DNA of 64,000 nt from Monocercomonoides exilis PA203 (Eukaryota > Protista > Preaxostyla), in assembly GCA_001643675.2 (NCBI GenBank), contig LSRY02000009.1, positions 1,736,001 through 1,800,000 of the forward strand. Reading direction: 5' to 3'. The notes below the pieces were generated by a model. The model worked only from the letters and a program-made list of their open reading frames with translations, was not told the DNA's origin and did no database searches. Positions within the stretch are counted from its first letter, which is position 1, and every line of letters starts with the position of its first letter. Shown here piece by piece: positions 24,267 to 38,384 of the stretch. The translations under genes were made by a program, and so were the position numbers.

Positions 24267-25756
24267 TCAAATATTCGCAAAATAATCAAAAGTGTTCAAT
24301 AATGGTTCATAATAATATCCTTCGTTTTGATTAACAAATATCCCATGAGAGCTAATGAAAAAGTCTTCCAGTCCTTCTTCTTCCATCTTTTCAAATATCT
24401 TCATTTTTGTTGATTTTCTTTTCTTTTCTTCCTTTTCATCTTTCTCCTCTTTTTTCAATTTACTTGAAATATCCATAAAAAACATCAAACATTTAATCGC
24501 AATTTTGTCAAAAAATGTGCGCCTCTGAAACTCTTCCAAAACAGCATCAACAGTTCCCCCTTTCAACAGGTCTTCAGTTTTCATGGCTTCATTCTCTGCT
24601 GCCACACTTAGTATATAAATGCAATCCAATCCCACATATTTGCGATTAGCTGTTGCGGCTCGAAAGATCTGAGTGATGCTGCTGATAAGTTTGATAGATT
24701 CTTCAGTCCTCAATTGGCAATTGCGAAAATAAAGACATATGCATCGACACCACTCTGCGAAAGTATATTCTTCTATCTTTTCTTTTCCTCGTCTTTCCTC
24801 TTCTTCTTTTCTCTCCCAATCCACACATTTTGACAGCTCTTCCAGTTCTCTTGTCGCTTCTCTTGCAAAATGCAGTTCATTAACAATTAAGCTTTCCAAG
24901 CTTTTGTCGTTTTCAAATCTGTTCAAAATGCAGCCCCAAACAGACTGATATGCAAGTTGAGTCAGATTGTGATGTCTCTGATGATATTTAACAATTGTTT
25001 TGATTTCACTCAAAAATTTTTTATGCTCCACTTCCTTATCAAAGATAATAAAATAATAAAAACATTACTAAATGAACCAAAATCTAATTAATAAATCAAT
25101 CACACATCCAATTGATAAATTAGGCTCAAAGACAGCAAGGCCATTTCCACTTCTTTTTGAATTTCTATGATTTTCTTCTTGTTCAACGCAACCTTCAAAA
25201 GGCAAGGCACACATATTGATACTTCTTCCGAGTCAAGATTGTAGGAAAGCAATAGATAGCATTCGCAAAGATCAACAAGAAGATTGATATCCTTTCCTTC
25301 TTTCTTCTTATTTCCATTTATGATCATCATGGAAATTCTGTAGTGTAAAGAGGATAAATAAAATTCTTCACCTCTAATTCCTTTAAGCGTTTTGTAATAT
25401 CCCAATTGTTTCAGCAAAACGGATGCGTTCCTTGTTGAAAGTTTCTCTTCTTCAATCATTTTGTCCATTTTGTCAAACAACTCAATCGTGAAAACGGATC
25501 TGAATTCATCTTTCTTCATCACATCGAGCAATTCATTCATTTCTTCGATTTTCTGTTTCTGCACAATCACATCGCTTCTTTCCAGTTCAGAAAACAATTC
25601 TTCAAAAAGTAATAAACAAAGAAAGATATCCACTCATCATGAGCTCAAACGCAACAACAATGCGAACAAACTTGCGAACTTTTCGGTGACAGCTATCCCA
25701 CATATTTCCATAGCCATGGTGCAATCAGCAAAAATTCTCATTTTGAACATTTGCAT
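24267..25756 (-). CDS. 'KMEEEGYED' family protein, copy G2 (3 exons)
   Basis: Introns 25600-25671 and 25035-25105 are at the same positions and phases as in G1; open frame to TGA. Alternative start at 25717. Confidence 0.85.
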
Positions 25757-25909
25757 GAAAAACAAAACACAACATTACAGAAAAAATTAAAATCCACAAT
25801 AAAATCTTATTGTCAATATAAAAATTGGATCTCATACTCCATCCTTTTTATGTTATTATTTTTAACTAACAATTATCAAGAAAATCAACACTTTATCTCT
25901 TGTCTTTAT

Positions 25910-26440
25910 TTATAATGGATTCATTGATCGAATTGTTTTCTTTGAAATTGAATATTCATGCACCGATTGAGAAATCCGTGAGTGAACATTACCTTTAGAA
26001 CTAGAAATATTATTTTTTGTGGAGATAACAGGCAATGGTGGAGATGCATCGATTATGAAATACATTCTGATAATTATTAGAGATTGGATGAACAAGGGGA
26101 AATGCAACAATTCCATCAATTACACAAAAAGACATAATGAATGTATTTTGTATCGTTCAATTGATTGTGAAGATATTTCCGTCTGTATCCTTTCCAAAGT
26201 GCAGGAATATGAGTTATTGTTGAAATGGCCAATCTCCGCTTTGGAGAGCAATACGATGTAAATGGAGCTGATTATTATATAGCAATTAGGATATAAATGA
26301 AGTTACGTAAAATACATGATATTTGGTGCAAGAGGTGAAGACAAATTCAACTGTAATTTTATTGAATGAAGATTTATAGATGGTATTCTGTGAAAAAGTG
26401 GACTAATAAAAATTATATAGAATTTAGGAATATAAGGCAA
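25910..26440. repeat. Conserved upstream cassette of G2
   Basis: Direct duplicate of 21800-22330 at an offset of ~4.1 kb, the same offset as G1 to G2. Confidence 0.8.
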
Positions 26441-27599
26441 AAGAAAAGCTTTTAGGGCAAGGAAAGTTGTTGGCAGCATGAAAAGGATATTTATCACAAA
26501 AAATAGCAACAATTCAATGTAAAAAAGGAGAACCCCAAAATATCAATTTTATTTTCAAGTTCTCATGTTTCTGTGAATGCGCCAGGCAGACATGGAAAGC
26601 GACGAATTTCTATTTCTGATTCCGCTTTTGCTTCAAAAGAGTGGAAAAGCCAACGGTGAGATGCCCAAGTGCCGAATTCTTTTTGCCAATCGAACAACAT
26701 TCAGGCCAATTGCATCTAATTTCATTCTTCGAAGGGACAGCCATTTTAAGCAAGCAAGGAGATTATCATTCGAGGTTTGTTTTCAACAACATCTTCTTCT
26801 TCCTCTTCCTCCTATTTGGCAACTCCTCTCCAAACAATTTCATCATCTTCTTCATAATCAACAAAATCATCAAATTTTATTTCTTCAAATTTTGCATTCA
26901 ATTTCGAGAATACGAGTGAAATGAAGAAGAAATGAAGAAGCGAGAAAGAACTAAAGAAAAAGAAGAAAGAAAAAGAGGAGAAAGAGAAAGAAGAAAGAAA
27001 GTTTTGAAGAGAATCAGAAGAAGAACAAAGAGGAAAGGTTAGGGAGTGTGGGGAAGAAATTAAGTTTGAGAAGAGATTGAAGGAAGCACCCAGCCAAATG
27101 ATAGAAATCCTTTGATATTTTTTAAGTTGTTGATTTTTATATCATTTCTACAAAACCATATCTTGTCAGTGCAGTTCCATTACGTTTAGATGAGAAAATT
27201 ATTGTTAATTTATTTATTTATTTATTTATTTATTTATTTTCAAATTCAATATTGTTCAAAATACAAGAATATATTTCCTTTAAAAAAGTTGCATGCGAAT
27301 ATCTCAAATGAAACATGATAAAAGTCATTGATGAAAAAAAAAAGAAAAAGAAAAAGAAAGTTATATTTAAAAGCTCAACTTCAACAATGGAAATTCTGTT
27401 TCAAAGGAAAATTATCAAAAATGAAAGCGATACACTTCAAAATTCATATGTTCATTCGATTTCACCAAATCCATTTTGATTTCTCCTCTGCATATGAAGA
27501 ATTCTCTTTGAAGAAAAGTAAAACTTCGCAATTGTTCATTCAGCTCTTCATTCTTTTGCTTTCATCACCAAAATGCTCAAGTCCATCATTTATTGAATG

Positions 27600-29089
27600 G
27601 AGATGTGTTTAATTCTTTCTCATAACAAATTTTCTTTCTTTTTCCCTTTCCTCCTCCACCCTCATTGAAATCATATTCATCTGAGTCAATCATTTCTTCA
27701 CAATAAATCCCTCACATTCTTCGTTCTTCTCCTTCAAACCTTATTGGTTAACATCCAATTTAACATACAGATCTTAACTTGTCAGCTCATCTTTTTCAGT
27801 CAAAACGAAGCAGTTTGTAAAGCGATCCAAAATGACTGACATCATCCAACAAACCCCACAACACCTGCAATGACATGCGCTTTTGCTATCATCTGAATTA
27901 AACAACTTTCTTTCCTTATTAAATATAATGTTAAGTTCCCACAATCAACATTGACAACTTCCTCTAAAACACACGCAATTGTTCTGGTTGATGGAACGGC
28001 TGCACTATCACAAATCTGCGCACTGCTGAAGTCCAATTCTCCTCTTCTCTTGAAATCTTCTGTTGGATGCCATCGGATGGAGAAGAACTGCACACTTCTG
28101 GTTCTACTGAATGCTGCTTGTCTGAATCCGCCTCAGCCTCTGCCTTCACAAACCTCAGCCGACCCAGCCCAAGTGCCTCCACAACCAGCGGCGCCATTGC
28201 TTCTTCCAGCTTCCCCTGGTTCTCTTTGATTCTCTCCACAAACTCTCTGTGCGCTGTCGGATACACGCCTTTCTCCTCGTTCCCATCACCTCCCTCTCTC
28301 CCTCCATCTTCTTCTCCCTTTTCTTCTCCCTCTTTGTCTCCCTCTTTGCATCCCTTTTCTCCTTCCTCCACCTCTTCCCGCTCCTCCAGCACCGCCAGCA
28401 CAATCTTCTCAGGCAACAAAATCACATCCCCCATCCTAATTCCGACAGCCTCCGGACCCTTTCCCACAATCTCCCCCACTTCACGCGCTGCAACCCCTCA
28501 CGCCATCATTTCGTCCTCCAGCTTCACCACAACACGCCTAGACTGCTTTGATCGCAACTCCAGCTGCGTCATTATTGATGGCAGCACAGACAAATCAAAC
28601 AGATCAATGAATGGTAAAAATGCATTTACATCAGTTGCTGTTAAATATTCGCTTGCTCCCCGTCTTCGTTCCCTTTAACGCTGTTTGTGAAGAAAGCAGC
28701 TGAAACAGCTGAACTGAAAGCATAGCCAAAAGTGCAACAATGCAAACTCACGCACAACATCCCCATACAACACAACCAGCTGTGTGACGCCATATCCCTC
28801 GAAGCATCTGCAGCGCCCGCGGAAACAGCAGCGGCAGCAGCAGCTACAATCTGCATGTGCTGCATATACACCCCACCTACCTCAGACACCACAATCAGCA
28901 GCCGCCTCTCGATGTCTTCTATTTCTACTGCAGATCTGCATGCTGCTCCAGTTGAAAAAAAAGAAGACGGCAAAAAAGAAGAAGTCTGTGATGTTGATAA
29001 AAATGGAAACGATTGTGGCTGTTCATCTCCAGCTGGTACTTATCTTCGCATCCTGACTGGAGAAGCAGACCAGTGGGCTGTTTCAGTTA

Positions 29090-29122
<33 letters not shown>

Positions 29123-29897
29123 ATGATGAGATGGAAGAAGGAGGAGGAGAAGGAGGAGAAGGAGGAGGAGAAGGAGGAGAAGGAGGAGGAGGAGGAGAAG
29201 GAGAAAGAATGGAAGATTATGACAGAACTGGTTGTGAAGAGGAAGAAAGTTATGTAACTGTTCTAACTGCTCCGTCGGCTTCAGCTTCTTCCTCAAATAA
29301 CATGAGTTTAAATACAAATCAGATGGAAGATTCTGCAGGTTCTGTATCATCCCTTTCTTTTCAGCCTTCTTCTTCTTCTTCACCTTCTTCTTCCTCCTCG
29401 ACAAATTCAACTTCATTTCTGCCTTTCTTCTTCCTCTTCCACTTCTTGTTTGCTTTTCAAAGATTCTCACTCCTGAAACAAACAAAAAAACACGCTACAA
29501 ACAGCGCTTGGCGTTCGATCTGAATTTAAAAGCGAAACTTCAGATGCACAGCTGATGGCTGAGCTGAAGGAGAAATTGATGTCTTTTGTGTATTCTGCAG
29601 ACATTCTCTTTGAAAGTGCTGAAGACAAGCTGTATGGAAATGTCCGCCTTGTGCCTAAGGTGACGACAACTTTCACAAATTCGATTATCTGTACATGAAG
29701 AAAGTGGATATGGAAGGAGAAAAAGATGATAATGAAGAAGGAGAAGGCGAAAAAGAAGAAGAAGAAGAAGTGGAAGGAGAAGGAGAAGGAGAAGGAGAAG
29801 GAGAAGGAGAAGGAGAAGGAGAAGGAGAAGGAGAAGGAGAAGGAGAAGGAGAAGGAGAAGGAGAAGGAGAAGGAGAAGGAGAAGAAAATAGAATGCA

Positions 29898-29929
<32 letters not shown>

Positions 29930-31400
29930 AATTTGAAAAAGGAAAAGAAATGCATTTTTCTGTGCATATAAATGTTGTTTGGTTGAGAGAAATTTGCATA
30001 TACATTTTGCTAATCTTTCTCTTTCTCTTTTCCATTTTCCCCTCTCTTTTTCACAACTTTCCTCATCTCCATTCATTTTTTTTCCCCTTCTTTCTTCACC
30101 TTTATCAGTTCAATCTTTTCTCTCCATCTCTCTTTTCTCTGTTTAATTCTGTTCCTCTTCGTTCTAATCGTCTGCTTGCAACATAACTTCTTTCTCTTTT
30201 TCCTTCATCTTTTATGTTTCTTCTTCTGACATCCTCAAAATCCTGCTCGTAAATATTCGAGAACCACATCCAGAGAAATATCTCTCTTCGCTTGATTTTC
30301 TCCGCTTTTGTTTAATCTTTCTGTTTCTTTTCCTTTTCATGATCATTTTCATTATTCCCCCTTTTAAATTCCCCAATTCCGTTTGTCTTTTAGGGCGTTT
30401 GCCGGAATAATTATTTCAAATTTTTTCTTCATCTTTTCTTAAATCCATCATCTGAAATTTCTTCTTCTTCTCTTTTGGCTTATTTTTCATCTTCGCTTCA
30501 TGAAAAGCGGAGCAATCTTCAAAAGAAACAGTTCTTTCTCTTCTTTCTCTCTTTCTCTCTTTCGCTTTCTCTCTCTTTCTCCAAAAAAATCTGGCAAAGT
30601 TTTTTCTCTTCACTTTCTTTCCTCAGAATGTCGAATATCTTATCTTCTTTCATGTCATTCATTTGAAAATATCCAATTCTTCTTTCAAAAATAGCTTATT
30701 TCCTCTTTCTCTCCTTTTCCTTCTCCTTTGCTTCTTTTGCTGAAATTCTCAAAACCCCACTTGTTTTTATTTTTGTACCACATCCAGAGAATTATAAATG
30801 CTGCAGAAATATTTCCCTTCGTTAAATTGTCCCCGATTTCATTTTATCTTTCTGCTTCTTTTTCTTCTCTTTCACTCAATTCATTTTTCTCTCTGGAGAT
30901 TCCCCTTTTCAGAACATCTTTTTGGTATTTTGAAGATAAAATTTATCCAAACGTTTTCTTCATCTTATCTCAAAGTGAATATTTTGGTGCAATACTTTTC
31001 TCTTCTTTCTCTGTATCTTTTCTTCTTTTCTTCTTTTCCTCTATGTCATTCCGTTTTCTTCTTTCCAACTTCTTCTTTCTTTCTCTTTCTCTATTTCTCT
31101 TTCTCTTTCTTTCTCCAGAATTGTTCGGTTCTCCCTCTTTCTTCTTTAATTGTTATTCTTTCCTCCATTACCACTCAAAGCAACTTTTCTTTTCCACAAT
31201 CACTGTTTTCCTTATTTTCCAGTCAATTGCTGCATCTTCTCTCCTTTTTCTCTTCTCCTTTTGGAAATCCTCCAATTTTTGATTCCAATTCAAAGTTTCT
31301 GGAATCCATTTCACATTTTATTCATCCGATTCTGCTAATTGCATCAAAATTGCGAGTCTTGTCATCAAATCTTCCAGTTGCATGTTTCCATCAAACAGTT
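27600..31400. pseudogene. Decayed coding-like region with GC-richer fragments and low-complexity tracts; product unknown
   Basis: Broken ORFs (27964-28479 minus, 28732-29523 plus) interleaved with GAA/GGA repeats; no recognisable domain. Confidence 0.3.
29773..29882. repeat. (GAAGGA)n microsatellite followed by a (GAT)n run
   Basis: Directly visible; it produces the spurious poly-EG/SP/L ORFs. Confidence 0.9.
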
Positions 31401-32800
31401 TTCTGAAATGACAAAGAGTTATGACAAATAACAAAAAAAAGTTGGATGCTTTTTGAATGTGAATGCCCAGCCAGCCCATCTGCTCCGACAAAAGAGTCGC
31501 TTCTTCCAAATACCCTCAACAAATGAGCCAAATAAATTGCTTTTTCTCTCTTTCAAGCTCATGTTAAGCATTGTCTTGTTGTGCGGCATGCAAAACAGAT
31601 GGCAAAAGAAACGAATATCATCATTGAATGCAATCCAAACAGGGATAATCCCAAAACTTATGGTTCTTTCGCGAAATGAAAAGAAGGCTTTTCTTTCTAT
31701 GGCATTCCTGTTCATGACCAATCTGTATTCATTCAAAGAACACCTTTAAAGAAAAATGAATGAAATAAAAAAATCAAACCATTTTTTTGGCCTCGAAATA
31801 TTTTCCCTTCTCCAATGGATTGGTAATTATCAACCCAGCCGTCTTTCTTGTTCTCCAAAAATGCCTCTCTCCTCCACAAAAAAATAGACAACTGGACAAT
31901 AAATGGCTGATACAGAACGTCTTTGAAAGCAGAGAGTTAATTGTGAAGTTGGTAATGATATCAGATGAAAACACATATTCTCCAAATTAACACCTTTACA
32001 AAGAACAATTCAACACCATGTCTTTAATGATAGATTTCCTGCAGGCTTCGTTCAAAAGGCAAACGCGATAGTTGTAAAGGCCTGCTGAGTGCTTCGTTCT
32101 GTTCGCTTCCTCCATTGTCCAACCCCTCAATTCCCTTTCCTTTTCCACAAAATCAACCTCCTAATAAAAAAATCACTGAAAACAAGTCCTGCGCAAAAGA
32201 TACGCCAAGGATACAACATTTCCCTCGAAATGAACAAGCGGTGCAATTCAATCTTTCTGAAATTCAACTCGCTTTTTCTGCATCTTGCTTAAGTTATTCC
32301 TCATCAAAATATTGCATCCTATATTGTACCATATGTTTTGCAATTTATTTATAAGTCTAAATATATGCAATTTCCCCCCGCAAATTTCTTTTTCGCAAGC
32401 AATCGATGCAAACAGCCACTCGCTCCTTCATCTGCAAGCAAAATCCATGCTCTTCTGCAATGCTATAACTCGCATGGATGCATTCGTGGACTTGTGCCCA
32501 ATCACTCAAACATGCTCTGGCTGTCGCAAATTCACTAATAAAAATTCTTCACTAATAAAATTATAGGTTCATCTCCCTTATTTATTTGCACAAAAGCAAG
32601 ATAATTTTGTTTCATTGATTTGCTTGCTTTGAGGCAAAATCAATGATGGCAAAAGATGTTTGGAATCCTTTTTTATTTGATATTTGATTTGGTGGTTTTT
32701 TAATTCTTTTGATTCTATTGCACCACAAATATTTCGAAAATGAATTTATTTACTGTTTTGAAATAATTTTTCGATTTCACAGTCACCTTCAAAAATACAA

Positions 32801-34203
32801 ATGTTTATAGGTTTGCAAAATGTTATAGGAAATCGTTGATTGAAAAAATAAATGCTTCTTTTTTCTCTTTTGATTTTTTCACTTTTTTTAGAGAAACTTT
32901 CACGGCTGGAACAATTCGCTGAAGCAGAACAGAAACAGAAAATTCTTGAAATGAATGAAATGGTTAATGAAATGGATAGAGAAGGATTTGAGTCAGTTTT
33001 CACAAAAGAACTGTTCAATGAAATAAACATAATGATTAAAAAAGAGAAAATTTCAATGGAAAATGTAATTCTGTTGTTGAAACACATTGGATATTTGCAA
33101 ACCTCGAGAAGAATGTTTATTTATGGCTTTGAAGAATCTTCGTTGAGGTATAGATTTGAAAAGATGATTATTGATGAAAAAGAGAAAAAAGAAGGAAAAA
33201 ATGAAAAGCTTCTTGTTGATCTTTGCGAATGCTTATTTTTGCTTGCAGGCATGTTTTCTTCGGAATTGTTTTCAATCTGTGTTCCCTGCCTGTTGAAATT
33301 TGCCTTGAAGAAAGATGAAGAGGAGGAAATTATAAAAGAAGTAGAAGTGGCTTTACTGGCTTTGAGCAACATTGTATTTGGCGTATGTTTATTTCTATTT
33401 CATTTTTGAAGTTATTGATTTTTTCCGATTTTTATTAGGAAGGGACAAAAGAACTGTATTTGAATGAAATCAAAGAGATTATTTTGCATCACCAGGAGCA
33501 TCAAAATCTGACACGACTTGCCTATCAGTCCGCTTGGGATTTTTTGATTTTCAGATTGGACAATGATGAAAGCTTGAATGAAGTGATTGCGAATGAACTG
33601 CATTTTGGAAGAGAGTCAACAAAAGAACTGGAAGTGCTAACAAGAAATGTGGATTGGAAGAAGAAAGAAGAAGAAATGAGCAAAGAAGAAGCGAATGAAG
33701 TGCTTTTAATCACGGGATGGATGAAAACAATAAAGTCCTATTTTGACTCATGCAAATTGTGGAATGAAGAATATGTTGAGCTGATAGGAAGCGTTGTTCA
33801 GATATATCGAACAGCGAAGGATAATTACGAAGAAATTAGATACTGGTGCGTTTTTTCCTTGAGAAATGCCGCAGGTAACGGATTTGTACCAGTTGATGAA
33901 TTGCTGAAAAGTGGAGCTGTCGATTGCGTTTTGGAGGATATTCGGAAGCCAAGATTGAATCACGAAATAACATACCATAGCTTGACATTTTTTGAGAATA
34001 TTTCAAGGCGGTTGAAGAGGGAAAAGTTAGAAAAAATGGAAGAAGCGAAAAGAAAAGAGTTGAAAAGGAAGGTGCTTGAAAAGATAGAAGAAGAAGGATA
34101 CGAGGATATCATCACAAGTTTTCATGGAACTTTTTGTTTGCTGAGCAGAAAACACTATCCTCTTTTGTCGTTGGATGTTTCAGTTTATTTTGTGAATGTT
34201 TAG
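32801..34203 (+). CDS. 'KMEEEGYED' family protein, copy G3 (3 exons)
   Basis: Introns 32811-32891 and 33383-33438; open frame ending YFVNV-TAG. Exon 1 is very short, so the start is uncertain. Confidence 0.82.
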
Positions 34204-34765
34204 CCAAATTCTTTTCATTTGGCTTTGTTTCTCTAATTTTCAATTTATCTTTTTTTTTTCATTATTTCACATATGCTAAAGATTATTCAAAATGAAAAGC
34301 TTTTATTCAAATAATAAATTTTGCCAACATAATTTTGTTATCAAACAAATAAATAAATGCAAAAATCAAATTCTCCTTTACGGATGGGTATTTATTCAGC
34401 ACTTAAATGTTCTTTGTGAATGAGCGAACGATTGAAAGAAATTTTATTTTTGTTGCAAAAATCACGATTATATTGAAATATTTTTATTTAGAAAGAAAAA
34501 AAAATAAATATGAATGCAAACGTTCTCATATTCAATTATTTTTGGTGTAATTGAAAAATAAATGTTATAAGAAGCCATCTTAAAAATCAGAATATGAGGA
34601 GGAGAAAGAAGAAGAGGAAGAAGAAGATGAAGAAGAAGAAAACAAAGAAATGAAAAAGAACTGAAGAGAAAGAGGAAAATGAAGAGCGAGAAGAAGGAAA
34701 TTTCGGAGAAATAGATGAAGATATCTGAGAAATAGAAGAAGAAGACGAAGAAGAAGACAAACAGG

Positions 34766-34817
34766 AAGAAGAAGAAGAAGAAGAAGAAGAAGAAGAAGAA
34801 GAAGAAGAAGAAGAAGA
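34766..34817. repeat. (GAA)n microsatellite inside a decayed acidic coding relic
   Basis: Directly visible. Confidence 0.85.
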
Positions 34818-36957
34818 TATTTGGTGTGTGAGTGATGTTCTGTTTGGATGAGAAGAGCTGTCTGGAAATGTCGAAGTTGAAGCAGACGAAGCTTATTCGA
34901 AATGAGTCATCGAACAAGGTGGAAGGTCCAAATTTTTGCAAAAATACAACGTCTCCATATAACAAGAGATAACAAGAGAGGTCATCTCGTTGAGAAAACT
35001 CATCTTTTTCAGAGCGGAGGGAAGAGGATAAAAAAGGGTTTCTTCATCTGAGTGGAAGAATTGGAAGAAGAGGAAGAGGAAGAAGAGGAAGATGATGACA
35101 ATGTTGAATGAATGAATGAATGAATGAATGAAGGTGTTAACTTTCATGTCTTTCATCAGATGAATTTGTTGAGAGACAAATGAGAAGATCAATTCAGAAT
35201 TGGTGAGCACTGCAGTTGCTGTCATCTGCTCATTCGGCTGGCCAAAATGACAAATACACAGCAACCTTCATTCTCTTTGCAGACGTTTCAATAAAGGCAC
35301 AAATGTTTGCCTATCCAATCTCAAAAGCTGAAAGTCTGTGAAACTCCAATTTCAGATGAAATACCGGTTCGAAAGTTTTTTTGTTGAGCTTTCTTGCCTC
35401 TCTTCATTTCCCTTTCGATAATTGAAAAATAAAATAAAAATAAAATAAAAAATAAAAAATAAAAAATAAAAAATAAAATAAAATAAAATAAAATGCATTT
35501 TCAACATTCACTAAAAGTGTCAATTCTCATACCAATTTCTTTGTTTCCATTTCATTTCTCCAGCAATCTCTGATTCAGATATCAAATGCAAAGATATTCT
35601 ATAAGACGATATGAATCATGATTATGTAGAAAAAGCTGCGTGAAATGTCAATGAATTTGAAGAAGAAGAAGAAGATGAATGAATAGAACGAGTTGATTAA
35701 TTGTTGAAAATTGAGAAGATGAGAGCCAATTAACATCAACGGAGAAACTAATTGAAATTCTTTTCTTCTGTTTCTTTTTCTTCTTCTGCCGAGGAGAAAC
35801 CTCTGAATCTTTTTAACTTTCAGCTCAATCTCTTTCTCTCTTTCCAACAATAAATACAAAGCACGCGTCAATCTCTTTTTCATTCCATTTCTTTCAATTT
35901 TTCGCTTCCCCTTCTTTCACAAGAAATCATCATTCTTCAAAAACTAATTCTTCGCAAAAGCCCGATTCCAGGCATCTTCGATTTATCTTTAATTTCATCA
36001 ATCTTCATTTCATTTTTCTTCCTTGCTTTCCTTATTCAAAGCGATCTAATCCCTCATTCTTTCAGCATTCTTAAAACAAAATAATAATCACTTCAAAAAA
36101 ATAACGACAGCAAACCTTCAGAACCTTGATTTAGTCATTTTCGTTGTTTTATTTCATGAACAAAGCTCGTTTAATCTATTCAATTTCATTATTCCTTTGG
36201 TTTTGAATTGTTCCATCATCTAATTCGCGTATTATCCTTTTCAGATATCATTTTCTCCTCAAAGGAGTCGACTTTTGACTTTTCGAGGAAAAGAAAGACC
36301 TTTATTATCTTTTCAATTCCATCCTGTATCATCGAAAAATAAAACAAAATCCAACGGTCGCCCAATATCTTCCTCTTGAACAGAAGATACTGCGCAAACT
36401 TTCCTCACTCGAAATTTTGTACTGAAAGGCGGATGCAGCCATTTATAACAAAATGTTATGTTTCTGGTTCCTGAAATGATGGCGAACGGAGTCATCTTTA
36501 AAATGAATAGGAGTCATATAGGGGCATACGCGATGTTGTGTCTATCAAAAATTTTATTACTGTATTTGTTTGGTCGCACATAAATGAAAAACAACGCATC
36601 AATTAACAAAAACGAATATATCATATCAATGAAACATAAAGTTACAGGAAATAATTGTTCTTATAATGACAATATATTTCATTCGTCAATTTTTCATTTA
36701 AACAGAGAATATTTTTGTTCGAAGAAAACGATACGATCAATGCATCCATTACAGCAAACAAAAGAAGAAAAAGATTTTTTTTTCTTCATAAAACATTGCC
36801 AAATCTACTTGAGCATAGAAATATGGTGTAAATTCATAGATTTTTATGATTATTTTGAGCTTTTATTTTTCATCTGCTTCTTCTATTCGATCATATGCGA
36901 ATTCAATGCAAATGATAAAAATGCCATTGCTAACTGATAAAAAATTTTTCTTATAAA

Positions 36958-38384
36958 ATGAAAATGATGCAGGATACAGACAACACAAAAATGTTCAATA
37001 GTTTGCGATTGTTATTGTTAGTGAATTTTTGCTTATTGCATTTTTTTCTTTGTTTTTTATTGAAGAATTGTTTGACGAGCTTGGAGGTTGCGATGAGGAA
37101 GATCAGAAGCAAAAAGTCATTGAAATGAACAAAGCTATTGATGGAATGAACAAAGAAGAATTCGAATCTGTTTTTTCAAAGGAAGTATTCAATAAAATGG
37201 ACGAGGTGATTGAAGAAAAGAAATTATCTTTGAAGAATATCATTCTGTTACTGAAGCATGTTGGATATTGTAAAGTGCTAAAATGCTTTGAAACTTTAGC
37301 ATTTTATAATTCCGGTTTACACCTAAGAATTGTTATGATGATTGATGACGAAAATAAAAAAAAAGAAGAAAAGAACGAAAAGCTTCTTGTTGATCTCTGT
37401 GAACTCTATATAATGGCATACGAGCTCGCAATTCCGGGCAGCATGCTTTTTATTTGTCTGCCTTGCCTTTTGGCAGCTGCTTTGAACGAAGAAGAAAGCG
37501 AGGAAGCTCAAAAAGATGTGGAAATGGCTTTATTTGCGTTGAGCAACATTGGGAAATATGATGTTTGGCGTTTCTATTTTATTATTGATGAAATTTATTT
37601 TTTCCTCCTTATTTTTGATTAGGAAGTGGAAAGAGAATCATATTTGATTGAGATTGCAGAGATTATCGAATATCACCAGGAGCATCACAACCTCACTCAA
37701 CTTGCTTATCAGTGTGCTTGGCAGTTTCTGGTAAACAGATTTTACAACGACAAAAGCTTGGAAGGTGTTATTGCGAATGAACTGCATTTTGCGAGGGAAG
37801 CAGCAAGAGAACTGGAAGAACTGTCGAAATGTGTGGATTGGAAGAGAAAAGAAGAAGGAGGAGGAGGAAAAGTTAGGAAAGAAGTGGATATAATAGAGAG
37901 ATGGCTTGAGGTGATTATGACTTATTTTTCCTCATGCATATTGCGAAATGAAGAGCATTTTGGACTTATTAGCTGTATTATGGGGGTACTTCGAGCATCA
38001 AAGGAGAATTATAAAAGCATTTACAGGAAATGCATTTGGTGTATTCATGCAGCAGCAGAAAATAGAGCCTTGAAAGTTTATGACTTTTGGGGCAGTGGGG
38101 CTGTTGATTTTGTTTTGGAGGTGGTTTCTCAATCATATGAGGACATTCAACAAACTACGGATTGTTTGTATTTTTTCAGAATCCTTTGCGAAAGATTGAG
38201 AAACGAAAGAGAAATAAAAAGTGATGAAGCGAAAAGAAAAGAGTTGAAAAGAAAAGTGCTTGAAAAGATGGAAGAAGAAGGATATGAAGATTTTATCATA
38301 GGATTCAGCTGTTGCAAGATAAAAATGGAATACTATTTCTATTTTTTGGTTCAAAACATTGATGATTTTTTTGTTTATTGCTGA
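36958..38384 (+). CDS. 'KMEEEGYED' family protein, copy G4 (3 exons)
   Basis: Introns 37001-37065 and 37563-37622; open frame to TGA. Confidence 0.87.

Noticed and set aside
29087-30076. Poly-L, poly-S, poly-H/P and poly-EG ORFs (also 22694-23356, 59523-59885, 63447-63902)
   Set aside because: Artefacts of stop-free microsatellites read in several frames.
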